From Moniliella sp. 'wahieum' (Eukaryota), in assembly GCA_003971905.1 (NCBI GenBank), contig RSEE01000132.1:62001-126000 (forward strand): a stretch of DNA of 64,000 nucleotides, in the 5' to 3' direction. The position numbers were made by a program, and so were the translations under genes. Numbering within the stretch: position 1 is the stretch's first letter; each line of letters begins with the position of its first letter. This document shows, piece by piece, positions 50,924 through 64,000 of this stretch. Below the pieces are notes generated by a model that was not told the DNA's origin, did no database searches, and saw only the letters and a list, made by a program, of their open reading frames with translations.

Positions 50924-51881
50924 GGAGGCTTGAAGAGATGAGCACATCTCTCCCCTTGCTTCTTCCCTCAGTTTTTCGCCACGGTATCACTGTTTATTAC
51001 GCCAACTGCTGCGCCTTTTTCCGTGTATACTCCCCCCCCCCCTTTGGTTGATATCCTTATTAATCCGGTTCCTTACGCCACCTCACGCCCCCCTTGACCC
51101 TCTCTTCACACCGACTGTTCGTCGCTGGAGGAGAGGAGGATACAAGGTAACGACTACGTTCCAGTATTAGTTTTGGTGGCCTGTGCTTTGCTCTCCATCT
51201 GGGTCGACCATCGAATGATCTACCTCTCGCTGTGCCATATACAGCTCACGAAATGTGGATATGAGAAGAGATATTAGTAGTATAGGTTGATGATGGTTGG
51301 TGTGCACGCTTCCATTGATCCGACTATACTCTCACGTTGTATGCTTTCCTTCCACTGCTCAGAGTCGTATACTACGGCTCGACGAGGAAGATTAAATACT
51401 GTGCCCCCAAAAGGCATCATACACAGTATATAGTTGTGTGCGCGGCGGCCCCGTTTCGCCGCTGTTCCACCCTCCTTGTTCGCGCCTCCGGGATGCCTCC
51501 CCCTGATTGCTTCCCCACAACTTCTGCCCTGTGCCTTGCTCGCTCCCCCAAGTTGATGAACTAATAACAAACGGCCAGACCGCATATAACCTTCCTTCCA
51601 CCAGTTCCTTCCTTTTTTTGCCGTAGCCTTCCGCGTGATCAGCGGAGCGGCGGAAGAGACCGTTGGGACTGCGATATTGGACAGCTCCGACACATCACTA
51701 TCATCACTGCTAAGTCTGCCCCCGCCGAGTACTGCTACTACTACTAGCCTTTCCCTTCAACGACAAAGGAACATGGTCACGGTGGATATTAAAGGAATAT
51801 CGGTGGACGCTTTGACGATGATTCGACCTAGCTCTTCGCATTGTGGATCATTCCGCGTGAAGAAAAAAAGGAAAAAAACTC

Positions 51882-51976
51882 AGGAGTAGGTCGGACTTGA
51901 ACCAACGACTTCAAGATAAAACTGCTCAATCAGAGAGAGTTGCAATCTCACACGCTAACCGCTGCGTCACTACTCC
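51882..51976 (-). tRNA. tRNA-Cys(GCA) with intron
   Basis: GGAGTAG/CTACTCC acceptor stem, D-arm ACGC/GCGT, TGAGA-TT-GCA-A[intron]A-TCTTG, T-arm GTTGG-TTCAAGT-CCGAC, T7 terminator. Confidence 0.93.
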
Positions 51977-52446
51977 CGATGGAATGGATGAGATAATTTA
52001 ATACTTAGTTTTACGATTTTTTTTGGTGTTGTCCGGCCTTGCCATGACAATCCAGGACGCCATCCCCCAGGAGAATCATTCCGTTCGCTCCATACCCGCT
52101 TTATGTGCTGAGGTCATTACGGACCTTCAATGCCAATGTTCTCAATATTCATCAATTGAATCTCACAATCGGCCTTGCAGGCTTTTCTCACACTCTTCCG
52201 CCCTGTCGACCAACTTCAGTAGGTGAAGCAGCTAAGCAACGTTTTCGGATTCATCAATTCATCAACAAGGCAAGCCAAGCAACCGAGCACGATAAATAGC
52301 ATGACGAGACAGCCATTGCAGGCTGCAGTACCCCAGCATTCTTCGCATCGCGCGCGGTATAGTACGGAGGGGTTTTGCTTTGGCTTTAGCTTTTGGCGGG
52401 GAGGAGGGTGTTTCGTTTTCTTCTTTTTTCTTTGTGGGTGTGGTTG

Positions 52447-54853
52447 TTACACGGGGGGGTTGCAACTGAACGAGGACGCGATGGCGCCACTGGATTCGAA
52501 CGCACTCTTGATGGACATGGCCGCGGCGTAGAGACCCAGGCCACTCATGGTCAACCCGCCCAAGCCCATGAGCAAAACAAAGTTCTTGATGATCCAAGCG
52601 GGCATGCGAACACCACGGGGCAGGTTGTACATCCCACCACCAAACAAGCCCCGGCGCAATCGGCTCCACTGGTCCACTTGTCCACTCGCGTTGAGCCCAT
52701 GCCCGGTGCCCATTCACCATCAGCTTTGAGTGCGTCGGCGTGGACGAGCCAGGTCCAGAGGAAGATGAAAGGCAGTGTGTACCTGCAGTCACAATCGAGG
52801 GTTAATGTTAGTCGTCCGTCGTGCCCCAAAAGTCTCGGGGACCCATCCAAAACACAGCGCCCAGCAATAACCAATGCAGGAAGAGACAAAGAATACATAC
52901 GAAAAGTTAACAATCGCAATGGCCGAAATCAACCCCGAGAGGGAGTTGATCTGAGGAATGGCAGCGCCAATAACAAACGCCAAGGCCCAAAACACGACGG
53001 ACCAAATACACCACACCACCGCGCCGCGCTTGGTGAACATCGAGGGTCCATGAGCAATGTCTTCAACCATGCTGCGGTAGCTGACCCGGATACCGACATT
53101 GCCATAGATGGCAGCAGCGATGATGGCAGATGATGCTCATGAGGTTGCATGCAGTTAAGGTCGCGCCTGGGGCCATGATCTGGTATCCATCGGCAATGAA
53201 TATTGGCCGGCTGTAGTATGATAAACACACAAAGAGAAGGCGGTCGCAGTCAGTATACCAAATGTGCGCGAGTGGGAAGATTGAACGATGCCCCAACGAC
53301 GTACCTCCACTGTAGATGACACAAGCGTACATGACATATACGCAGTAAATCACCAGCTGGGCCATGCAGCAGCCCTTCCAGAACGACTTTGGCTGCTTCA
53401 TTTCCGACATGATCTCGGGGAAGATCATTGCACCACCATAGGCAAACACGAGGAGGTTAACACCTTGGATTTGGTCTGAAATGTCCAAGTGCGGCCAAGC
53501 CGTTTGAGTGGGCGGGTTGGCGTAGACTTGGGCCACCGGGATGCCCATTTGGGCTGCTACCGTACTGGCCGAAAAGCCTTCGACTTTGATCACAATCATA
53601 CTGTGGTTGCATCAACGTATGGTTAGTTATAGTCCTCGCCATATAAGTAAAGCAGTGCCAATAGAGAACAGTGCTGTTCAATATGCAAACACGGCAGCAC
53701 GAAAAAGACGTACCTAACAAGGACAATGATCCAGTTGAGGATGGTAGAGAAGTTACTCAGGGTCGACAGACCACGCAGAGAGCGAACTGGGCAAGAATGG
53801 TCAGACTGTGCATACGGAGCTATGGTATGGATAAAGAGGGGGATGACGTACTCTGAGCAAGCACCATACCAATCAGGGCAAAGATGAGCACGGCCACAGC
53901 AAAACAAAGTTTATGGTGCGGAGAGTACTGCATGATGATCTGGTCCAACGCTTGTCCGTTGCTCAAGACCAACAGACCGCAGTTGACAATCAGCTGAAGA
54001 AACTGGAGCACCGAGATCAAGTGGCGCATCCATGGTCCCATCAACCGTTGACCAATGTCACCGTACGTCTTGATGGGGAACCGGGACGAGTCGAGGTTGA
54101 GGAAGAGCCATTGAAGTGCCACGGCTGCCGCTGATGCACAAGCGCCAAACACGAAAAACAGAATGTTGCCTGGTCAAGAAGGTCACAACAAAAGGTCAGA
54201 TTGGGGACTTCCGTTTTTTTCCTAACTCCCACAGCACCCCGGGATGAGATGAGAAGAGAAGAGAAATGGGAAGAAGACGTACCTTGTGCCCAGCCATTTT
54301 GGCTCATGCCATACGGGGCCGAACTAGGTCCGAGAATGTCGGTGGTGATGAGGAAAAAGACACTGGTGGCACCGGCGATGCGCATGGTACGTGCGGTGGT
54401 GAGCGATTCGAGTGTCTTGGGATCGGTGATGCCCTCAAATTGAGGGGTCGACAGGTCGGTGGTAAGTGTTTCGGGCTTGGCATCGAGGCCCTTTTCGTCA
54501 ATGGAAGCAAGTGGGGATTCGACCAGTGCGGCGTCGGCGCGGGCGGGCTTACGCTTGGCCCAAGGCCCTTTACGGTACAGGCCCTGGAACATGGAGAGGA
54601 TGTTGAAGCCCTCGGGCAAGTGGCCCTTGAGCTCTTCTTGCCGTTCCTCCTCCCGCTGGACCTTGGCCCAGTAAATGTACTCTTCGAGCGAGACCGAGTT
54701 GTCAGCGGGGTAAGTCATGTCGGTCGACCCAATGTCGTACGACGGCGTGTTTTCCATGTCTTTCAGATCTGTCTCGGCGAGGGAGTGGATCAGGTCGTCG
54801 CGCCCAGGAGCGGGCTCCTGCAACGCCAGGCCGGCGAGGTTGCCACCAAACAT
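52447..54853 (-). CDS. AAAP-family (Mtr-like) neutral amino acid transporter
   Basis: SLEEYIYWAKVQREEE, SVFFLITTDILGPSSAPY, LDSSRFPIKTYGD, VFAYGGAMIFPEIMSEMKQPKSFWKG, FWALAFVIGAAIPQ, ending SFSCNPPV*. Multiple introns. Confidence 0.92.
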
Positions 54854-57800
54854 GGGGAGTGGGAGAAGGAGGGGGGAGAGTGGGTGGGTGTGGGTGTGGG
54901 TGGAAAGAAGGAAGGAGGAAGGTGGCCCGCCCGAACGTATCTTGTCTTCGGACGATTATATAGGACCGTCGGGCTCAAACCAAATCGAACTTTGTCTGGG
55001 CAGGGGGTTTGTCGGGCGGAGAGCCTGTGTCCTCGTATCTTGGCAACGCCCAGCGCCCATTCTTCTTGCCGGGAAGGACGCCGCAGCAGTGGTCCTCTCT
55101 CTTGCGGCACAGGCACCTGCCAGTACTCCGTCGGCGCAGATGCAGCCATAGCAGGGCTAGTAAACCTCAGGGAGGCCTCAGTAGCCCGTCGGACCACGCG
55201 CCAGGGACCAGACATCACGCATCCATCCACACCGACGCAGGCGCCGACGGCGGGCAGGCGCCCCCTGGAGGCCGGTGGTCAGTGACTAGTGCCGCGGAAC
55301 GCGTAACGAGCATCGCCTGTGACATGTGTGACATTGACAGTGCGACCATGTGAATACAATGCTGAGCGGCTGAGCGCTGGCGCTGAGGCCGGGAGGGCTG
55401 ACTCGTTGAATCGGGCACCTGTATGAGGGCACAGCGCAAGTGTCCTGCGGCTCCCAAACGCGCTTGTCCCGGGCTCGCGCAAGAGCACCCCATCAGTGTG
55501 CAGGCTGCACCATGTGCTTTGGCGTCCGAGCGAGCGCAGCACGCACACACACTGCCGCCCTGCCCGCTCGGCGCAATGTGGCGGCTTTCGCCCGGGGCGG
55601 ACAAGGCAGGCCAGCCACGCGAACAGTGGCGCGCTGGCGGGTCAGGCAGGCCTCAGGCTGACCCCCTCAGACCTCAGGGCGGGTGCTCGCCGGCCGGCTT
55701 CCACCTGGCCGCCGGGCGCAGCACGGACGCAGCACGGCGCCCGTCTGGTGGAGCCGCGCCAAAGTGGAGTGCTCGGCCAATTAGGAACCTCATCGCGCAT
55801 CCATCACTGATCCCGTGATGTGTCGCAAGTGACGGGTGATCGGCTCGAGTCAGAGACAAGCCACTTTCCCCGTCAAATTAGTAATGTGAGTGACTAGTGA
55901 ACAGGTGAGCCCAGCTCTCAGCCTTCTCAGATCTCAGGTCTCACGGGTCTCACTCTCCCCTCTCGCCCCTCGCCCATCGTACGCTGAGTGCTGACTAACA
56001 TGTTGCACAATCTGCTCACGCTCAGCCTCGCGTGGAACGCAACCCAGTAAGTACCTAAACGTACATCATCCTCATCAGGGCTCGAGCTGAGCGCTGAGGC
56101 TGTGAGCCAGGCGCCTTAACTTTACCGATTCGCGTCACTAGTCACTAGTCACTAGTCACTGCAAACAGCGCAAAACACATTCTTCGTTGCTTGTAGGCCG
56201 ACATTGACTATTTGACTTTGCACAGGAGAACTCGCCCGCGAGAGACTCGCGTTTTTTATTTCGCCACAATGCCCCTGTAGCGCAAGCTCAGCCTCGCGTC
56301 GATGAAGGGTTAATTTATAGTATCAGGTACCTTTTGGCAGTAGGAACACAGCGGAGGTCGTGGTGCTGGACCCTCGAGCTCGTCATCGACGCATCGGCCT
56401 CCTCAGCTTCCCCTGCAGTCGCATTTCATGTATCATGCCATGCAGTTGCATTTTCTCTTTCTTACACAGCCGCACGAACGCGAAGGACTGACTATAATGA
56501 GCGCGAGCACTGGGCACCCGTCATCGAGCGTCCTACAAAAACCTCGCCCACCGGCCCCAACGCCCCAGGAAGAGTGTGTATGTAGCAAGCAGGTTGAGGA
56601 TTGATAAAAAAAAAGGAACAAAAGAAGCCAAAACAGGCTGAATAGAACCGCGCAACGTGAGGTTCCACGTTCCTCAGTGGTGCGCCTGTTGCCCCGGTCT
56701 CCCCTGGGGCCTGGTGGGGCCTAGAGCTTGATGCTTGATGCTTGATGTTTGATCTAGGATGCCCCTGAAGATAAGGACCACATGTATATGTCCATTTGCG
56801 GCTGCACAGGATGCATGCGGCGCTTTTTGTATTGGCACCAACCCGGTGGCCGGTTCTCAGCACTTCCAAAGCTCCACGCGTTTAGCTCAGCGCATCGGGG
56901 GCTCAGCGCTCAGCGTTCTGCGCCCTGCGCTGGAAGACACAACACGTTTTTCAGATGTGTGGGCTAAGGCGCTAAGGCAGGATTGATACGTTGATACGTG
57001 TACCTGGACGAAAACAGAAGCTCCACGCGCCAAATAGATAAACCGATCACACCAAAAACGGAGTCATCGTCATCGCTTGATGACAAGACAAGCAAGAGGC
57101 ACATGTGGATGGGGTGGGGGGCGCGGTGTGACGCGGTGACACGATGATGGGGTATAACTAGTAACTGAGGGTAGACGAGACCCAAGATAGAAGTTTGGAG
57201 ACTCAGCAGGAGTCAGCTAATCAGGCTTCAAGCTGAAGCTTGGAGTAAGAGTGGGGATAATACGAACGAGAACACCTGTTGAGAGGTCTGAGTTCGGATG
57301 ATCGATTCAGGAGGTCACTGAGTACTGAGTGCCGTCGTGAGTACTTTTACTTGAAGCTTGAGGAGAGTATGCTGAGTATAGGACTAAGCTCCGTGGAGCG
57401 TCGCATCCATGTCTCGGCAACTGCCGGAGCCAACCTCTGTAGAATTCCATGTGGGTACCTCTTGCATCATGCCCTCATGTAACACAGGTAGTACAGCAAT
57501 GGGTAAGGAAAGCTATTAAGCGCTAATAAGCCATTTGGGTCACAAAAACCTGGACTACTCAGAGGAATTGGGGAAACTAGGATCCTCATACTGCCTCCTG
57601 ATGTAATGTGTTTTGGTGAGAGTGTTGAGTGTTGAGTGTCCCAAGGACCTGAGAACCTGAAAGTATCTGTGTGATCCACAGGGATCGGGGGACTGATGTA
57701 CCTATTAGTAGTCTCTGTACCTAATAGATAGCCTACTAGCACACCTTTTACTCGTTTAGTTGTGCACTTGTGTGTATATATTGCACGTTTGCTGTCGTTC

Positions 57801-59208
57801 AACGAACGTGGTTACGTGACGTGTAAAAAAGGTACACGCACACTTGTTGGGCACTATCTTCTCCCCCTTTCAAATGGGCTCCAAGCGGCCAGCTTCAAGC
57901 TTCTTAAGCTAGCCTAGTGCCATGTGGGTTTTAGCGGCATTGCAGCCATTTTTCCTATGCGAATGCACGATATCCACCAGGCCCGTCGTGCCTCAGGCCG
58001 ACCTCATGGATCATCAGGCTGAGGCCTAACAGGCCCAGGCATCGAAGGTCTCGTCGAGGATGTTACTGGTCGATGAATCATCAAAGACATCATCGTCAAG
58101 GATCAATCATCGGCATCCTTCCATCTTGGGTCCGGTAACGGCCGGCAGCTGGTAACCGGCAACTATCCGTTGCGGCTTTTTGCCCCACAACAGCAAACCA
58201 CAGCATGTCGCTTTTTGGTCAACCAGAGTCACAAAGTCAACGATAGTGCTAGTCACTCGTCACATGGTCACTGGTCCGTCATGCATCCCACATCCCATAT
58301 CCCTACTAACATGCCACATCCATGACAAGTGCATCGTTGCATTGGTTGCCTGCACGCCACTGCCCGACAGCCCTAACCAAGCGTCGAGCGCAGGCCATTC
58401 GTTCTTCTCGATCCTATCGACTATCCTTCTTGCTCGCCTATCACTGCTCCTCGCTCTGGACTGGTGTGCTCGCTCAGAGCCACTGCGTACCTGCACTGGA
58501 TAGACCGCCGTCAGGGTCCTGGCTGAGATGCTGCGCTGAGCGCTGATGGAACGCCAGGGCCATTCCGTTATCGGCATTATCGCCATTAATCGGCGTTTTA
58601 TCGATTATCAGGACCTCAGCGGCTCAGCAGAACAAACGCAGAACCAACTGCCGCATCCTCTTCCAAACCCCGCCAGCGGCGCTGAGGCCGAAGGCTTCCT
58701 CGTCCGGCTGAGCTCAGCTTCAAGCGAGCCTGGGTGTTTTTCGCCGGTGGACGGCAATCGATGATGCATGCGTGCATGATACGTGGATGGATGGCTCCTC
58801 GACGGGTCGAACAACCCTCGATGGATCGAACATCGTCAGCGATCATCGCCACCTTGGCGCTGTCGATGGCGGCCAGGATGGGGAAGATGTGGTTGGAAGG
58901 AAGGATGGATGGATGGATGATGGATGGATGGATACTCCCATCCCACAGGCACGTGACTGCGCCCCAGGGCTTTCCGCCCGCCGGGTGAATTCCGCCGCTG
59001 TCTCTGGTGCTCGGGGGGTTAGGGTTGGGCGCCACAGCGCGCGACACGCGGATACTGGCGCGGTGCTGGCGCGCGCGGCGGGGCGGACACTGGCCGTGTG
59101 CGGCGAGGCGGACAGGCGGGCGAGGGCAGCTGTGATCGCCATCGCTCCACCCGCTCCAGTTTCACCTCCACCTTCCCCTCCACCTCCCCCACCATCCCTG
59201 CCCCCACC

Positions 59209-60353
59209 ATGGCCACGTCCACGCCCGCCAGCATTGGGATTGCCAACCTTGCCCAACCAGCGGCACAAGATTGTCGCCAAAGAGGGCGGACACTTTACGC
59301 TGATGTGTTCCGGCGAGAGCGGGCTGGGCAAGACGACGTTGATCAACACGTTGTTCAGTACCGAGCTTGCCGGGGGCCAACTACAGCAAGCGCCATCTGC
59401 GCCAGATGGACCGGAACGTGGAGATTGACATTATCAAGGCCGAGTTGGAGGAGAAGCAGTTCAAAGTCAAGCTTACTGTTGTTGACACACCCGGGTTTGG
59501 GGACTATGTCAACAACCGCGACTCGTGGACGCCGATTATTGAGTTTATTGATGACCAGCATGAGCTGTACATGCGGCAGGAGCAGCAGCCCGAGCGTGGA
59601 CACAAGACCGACATGCGTGTTCATGCGTGTCTGTACTTTATCCGTCCCACGGGCCACACGCTGAAACCGTTGGACATTGAAGTGATGAAACGTCTCGGCA
59701 CGCGCGTTAACTTGATCCCTGTCATTGCCAAGGCCGACACGCTTACCCAGACCGACCTGGCCACTTTCAAGGCACGCATCCGCGCTGTCATTGCCCACCA
59801 TGGTATCCGCATTTACACTCCGCCTGTGGAGGAGGACGATGCGGCAAGTGCGGAGCTGGCGCGGACCCTGTTGGCCGCTATGCCGTTTGCCGTGATTGGA
59901 TCGACGGACGAAGTGCAAACGCCCGATGGGCGGGTGGTCAAGGGCCGTGCCTACCCGTGGGGCGTGAGTGAGGTGGAGAACGAAGCGCACTGTGACTTTA
60001 AGAAACTGCGTTCGCTGCTCATTCGGACCCACATGCTAGACCTGATCTCCACGACGGAAGAAACGCATTACGAGAACTACCGTACCACGCAGATGGAGAC
60101 GCGCAAGTTTGGGGAGCCCAAGGTGCGCAAGTTGGAGAACCCCAAGTTCAAGGAAGAGGAAGAACTGTTGCGCAAACGGTTTACCGAACAGGTCAAACAC
60201 GAAGAAGCTCGGTTCCGCCAATGGGAACAGCACTTGATTGCCGAACGCGACCGACTCAACAAGGACCTCGAAAGTGCCCACTCGGCCATCAAGCAACTCG
60301 AATCCGAATTGGACCATGTGGGCTCGTACCAGCGTGCCACGACGCGGCGTTAA
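59209..60353 (+). CDS. CDC12: Septin Cdc12 (AspC-type), intronless
   Basis: [60 protein letters not shown]-terminal coiled coil. Two indels near the 5' end. Confidence 0.95.
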
Positions 60354-61072
60354 GACGGATCCCAGGGTGTTACCAATCCTCTTCCTCTTTCTCTCTCCTC
60401 TCGCTTCATTTCCCTTTCCCTTTCCCTTTTCTTCCCGTCCGTTCCGGCCCTTTCGCCCCTTCCTTCCTGCCGCCCACTCGTCCTCTTTCTGCTTGGGGCA
60501 GCCTGCATGGCATCTTGTCTTTCTTTCCTAGCTCCTTTCTATGCCGGGTCGTACCCCGCCATGGCGAAGGGGTGTGGCTAGCAAAAAAGGATGGGGGTAC
60601 GCTGGCCTGGCTGGCGCCCATGTTCTGTATTCTTTCTACCGACAGCATGAGAGCGTCCCATATGTGACCTGCGTTTGTGACACTGTGAGGCAGGAGCGCC
60701 CAGAGGCAGATAGAATGGAACTGGACCCATAACCAGGTAGGTGCATAGCCGAGCCTGCGCGGGTCGGCTAAGGTTGCGTTGACCCAGTGAATCTGTCAGG
60801 CTTTGGGCCTTACCTTGTTCCGGGGTGCGGTGGGGGGGGGGGGCAGGAGGGCCGCGTTGGTTGCTGCACTTGCCTGCGGTCTGGGGAGGGGGAAGATCGG
60901 AGGCTAACTGCGGGGACGGGGGGCGACAGACAAAGCAAGTCCTGCCCGGCGGATGGCCGGAACTCCTCGGCTGCTCCAACATCTTCATTTACCTACCTCT
61001 GTAACGCCACACGACATCCCCATCTCCCATCTCCCATTTCGCATCTCCCAATTCGCATCTCACCTGGACACG

Positions 61073-63697
61073 TTACGCGCCACGTGGCTCGCACGGCACC
61101 TTGTGTCGGGACCCAGTCGCGTTGCCCTTGACGGCCTGTTGCATCAAGCGCGTCACGTCATCTGTTGGACCGGAGCGTGCGCGTGAGGGGCAGGCGACGT
61201 GGGTTTGGTTGTAGTTGTGGTTGTGGTTGCAGTTGGGATGGTAGTTTCGGTTGTGGTGGTGGTTGAGCGGCGGCTGATGAGAGCGTAGAACGCGTAGAGG
61301 GGATCGAACGCGTAGAGGGGGTAGGACGTGCAGATGCAGATGCAGATGCAGATGCAGATGCAGATGCAGATGCGGGGGGGAGTTTACCCGTTCGCCGCGC
61401 GGCCGAGGAGGTGAGCGAGGAAGAGGAGGACTTGTTGCCGCGCGCAAACCAAGCTGCGGGCAGTTGGTGGCGCGCTACGCCTCCTGACGAAGCGGGGTGT
61501 TGCTTCCCCTCGTCCCGATCGCCTGCCAAGTTGGACAAGAGTAGATCGTACCCGGTCTTCTTCTTCTTCCACTTCCTCTTCCTCGTGGGCTTGGGAACCG
61601 GCATGCTTGTGCTTGGTATGGTGCTTTGGATTGTATGTTGGGCTGGGCTTTTGCTCTTGCTCTTGCGGTTGCGGTTGTGGTTTCGCCAAGGCCGGCTTGA
61701 AGTTTGCGTGGCGGATGAACAACGAATCGTCTTCGTCCTCATTGGCGTCCCAGGTGGTATCGTGGTCGAGCATAGCGCGAGCGCGCTTGCCCAGTGCCGA
61801 GGTTGATCGGGCCGACGCCACACCCACTGCCACGCCCTTTCCCTTTGCCTTTACGGATGCAGATCCCGACCCCGCGCGTGCACCCAAAGCGAATGGGAGT
61901 GAGCGAGGGGTTTGGGGTGACGGTTGGGAGCGACGATGGTCCACCTGTGCGAGTTGAGCTTGGAGAGCATCGATTTCAGTCTGCTTGGAAGCCAATTTAG
62001 TTTCGCACTGGGACAATTTACGTGTCAAGCGGTCCAAAGCGGTGGCCATGCGTATATTTTATTGTGCGTAGCAGCCTTTTGTTCCAGTGCGATCGATCGA
62101 GCATGTTCAGCGTCTTGTTGCGCCGCCTGAGCCGCATGAACACGTTGCTCGGCCTCACGTTGCGCCCGAAGAAGATTCTGTTGCGCTTCGCGACGCAGTC
62201 GGACTGTTGTTTCTAATTCCAACGCGAGCGAATGACGTTCCTTGGCCAACTGGTCCTTGCCCTGCTGTAGTTTAGCATCGGCTGCTTGGCTTCCGCTAGC
62301 AACCGCACCCCCCACGCTTCATGCGCCTTTTGGTCTGGTGCAAGTCGCGGCGCGTTTGGCGCAGAAGCTCGTTCAGCTTGCAATGCCGCTTGGTCCGCGG
62401 CCAGAGCGGCTTCGGCTTGGTGGAACAGGTGGGTGCCCGTTTGACTTTGTTGTAGCACACGTTGTAGCTCGGCGCGCACACGTTCCGTCTCATGCAGCGC
62501 GTTGGCAAGGCTGTTCATGGCGTCCTGGTGTCCATGCCCAGCAGAGAGGGAGGCAGAGGGAAAGGAAAAGCAAAAGGCGGGGAGGGGAGGAGAGTCAGTT
62601 CCACAGATCCACCGAATGCAGCCGTACCATCCTCGTCCTACCTTGCTCCCATCCTACCGAGCCGTCATGGGCGCCAGAATGGCACAGGGAGCAAATGGGA
62701 GCAAACGGGAACGAAATGGAAGAAGAGGCAGGGGGGAAGGGTAGGCAGGAGGGGACAGAGGGGCCAGAGGGGAGAAGGGGGGACGTACAGTCACCGGAGC
62801 CATTTCAGCTTGCTTATTATCCGGCAGCAAAACCGGGAGGAAAGCACACACTTTCCTTCCTGCATGAGGCAAGGCATACAAGCGCAACCCATGTGCTGCC
62901 ACCACATACTCCTGCAACGCCAGATGAAACTGGACGAGGGGTGGAGGAGTATCGCTCGCCTCGGCGGGCCAGCGGGCACGAACGATAGCTTGGTCCCGTT
63001 GGGCGGCACGGTGGCGTTGTTTCGCATGAGGGCGGGGCGACCGTTCTGGGCGAGGCAGGCGCGGTAGACGGGACGAGCGGGAAGAACGGTGGGCATGGGA
63101 AGAGGGTAGTGTGGACGGGGTACCTCGTGACTCAACCGCGCACAGGGCGAGCTGTCCCTCTTTGTCCCTCCCTGTCGTGGTGGCGGCGTTATCTTCAGAC
63201 AGAGATTGGGATTCCGATTCCGATTCCGAATCCACGTCCAAGTCCAAGTCCAAGTCCGATTCGGAGTCGGTGTCTATGCCGGAGTGGGTATCGGTAGGGG
63301 GTGGGGCGGGTAGGACGAGCGAGGGGAAGCGGGGGGAGGGGGACGTCGTGCGCGGCAGGAGGAGCGAGACGCGCGACCAGCACGTTTCCCCGCTCGGGGG
63401 AGCTGGGCGGGAGGGCAGGCGGTCGAGATCGGCAAGGGAGGCAAGGGAGGCAAGTGGGATGGGGTGGGCAGAGGGAAGCTGCGCAGTTGGGTGTCCAAGT
63501 CGGCCGGGTCAGAGGGGAAGGACGGATGGCGTGCGCACCAGCGTGCTTGCACTGCGGACAGTGCGCACTGTGCACGTCCCCGAGCGAGACAAACCATTGG
63601 GTGATGCACTTGTGGTGGAAATGTGCCCGCAGAGGAGCGCGGTGGGCGGGTTGTCGGACCCGCTGCCCAGGCTGCCGAGGCAGATGGAGCAGCCCAT
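61073..63697 (-). CDS. RING-H2 finger plus coiled-coil protein, probable E3 ligase (3' end approximate)
   Basis: MGCSIC..ALLCGHIFHHKCITQWF..HCPQCK after one indel fix, long coiled coil at about 62520-61950, low-complexity C-terminus. Confidence 0.8.
61329..61373. repeat. (TGCAGA)n hexamer repeat, encoding an Ala-Ser run on the minus strand
   Basis: About 7 tandem copies read directly from the sequence. Confidence 0.9.
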
Positions 63698-64000
63698 GGG
63701 TGGGGGTGGGGGTGGGGATGGTGGTAGAGATGGTGGTAGAGATGGGGATGGGGATGGTGGTGGTGGGGGGAGATGGATATGGGGGTGGGCGAGGAGATGG
63801 TGGTGATGGTGGTGGAGAATAGGGTGGGATGAGAGACTGTCGCGTCGCTGGCGTGTCGCGTCGCGTAGGGTTGGGGTGGGCGCCGTGCGGAGGCGAGTGA
63901 AATTGCAATGGCCTACGAGCAGCCGCAACAACCAGCACAGATCCATCCATTCAGCCCCTCTGGTCCACACCACCACCGAACGCACACCACACCCACACAC

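Noticed and set aside
54266..55285. 339-aa plus-strand ORF and similar long antisense ORFs (4521-5291, 20699-21382, 59355-60032)
   Set aside because: They are shadows of real GC-rich genes on the opposite strand and carry no recognisable motifs.
1372..63697. Mass pseudogenisation or programmed frameshifting of housekeeping genes
   Set aside because: Indels hit essential genes at random, mostly in homopolymer runs, while protein sequences remain well conserved. Sequencing error is the simpler explanation.

Overview
Nuclear DNA of a basidiomycete fungus, judged from GC-rich genes, short GT(A/G)(C/A)GT...CTRAC...YAG introns, a Clp1 homologue and basidiomycete-type RAD51D and SVIP-like proteins. 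Nearly every gene carries single-base indels, which points to an unpolished long-read assembly rather than real pseudogenes. Core genes: ATP10, MDH1, RAD51D-like, COX4, Clp1-like, ZNF207/BuGZ, a C2H2 protein, aryl-alcohol dehydrogenase, PRE5, a CE4 deacetylase, a secreted alpha/beta hydrolase, SVIP-like, OPT, an STL1-like sugar porter, an Mtr-like amino acid permease, septin CDC12 and a RING-H2 coiled-coil protein. RNA genes: intron-containing tRNA-Ser(AGA) and tRNA-Cys(GCA), and a spliced non-coding host gene with two intronic box C/D snoRNAs that match 18S rRNA. Two lower-GC, transposon-rich tracts are present (about 12-17 kb and 32-48 kb). They hold three copies of a CRE/Cnl1-like non-LTR element, LTR remnants and a decayed DUF3435/Crypton-like tyrosine recombinase gene. 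That recombinase sits at the edge of the larger tract and is the best candidate for an undescribed system (a Starship-like cargo element in a basidiomycete). All family assignments come from recalled motifs; no database search was run.
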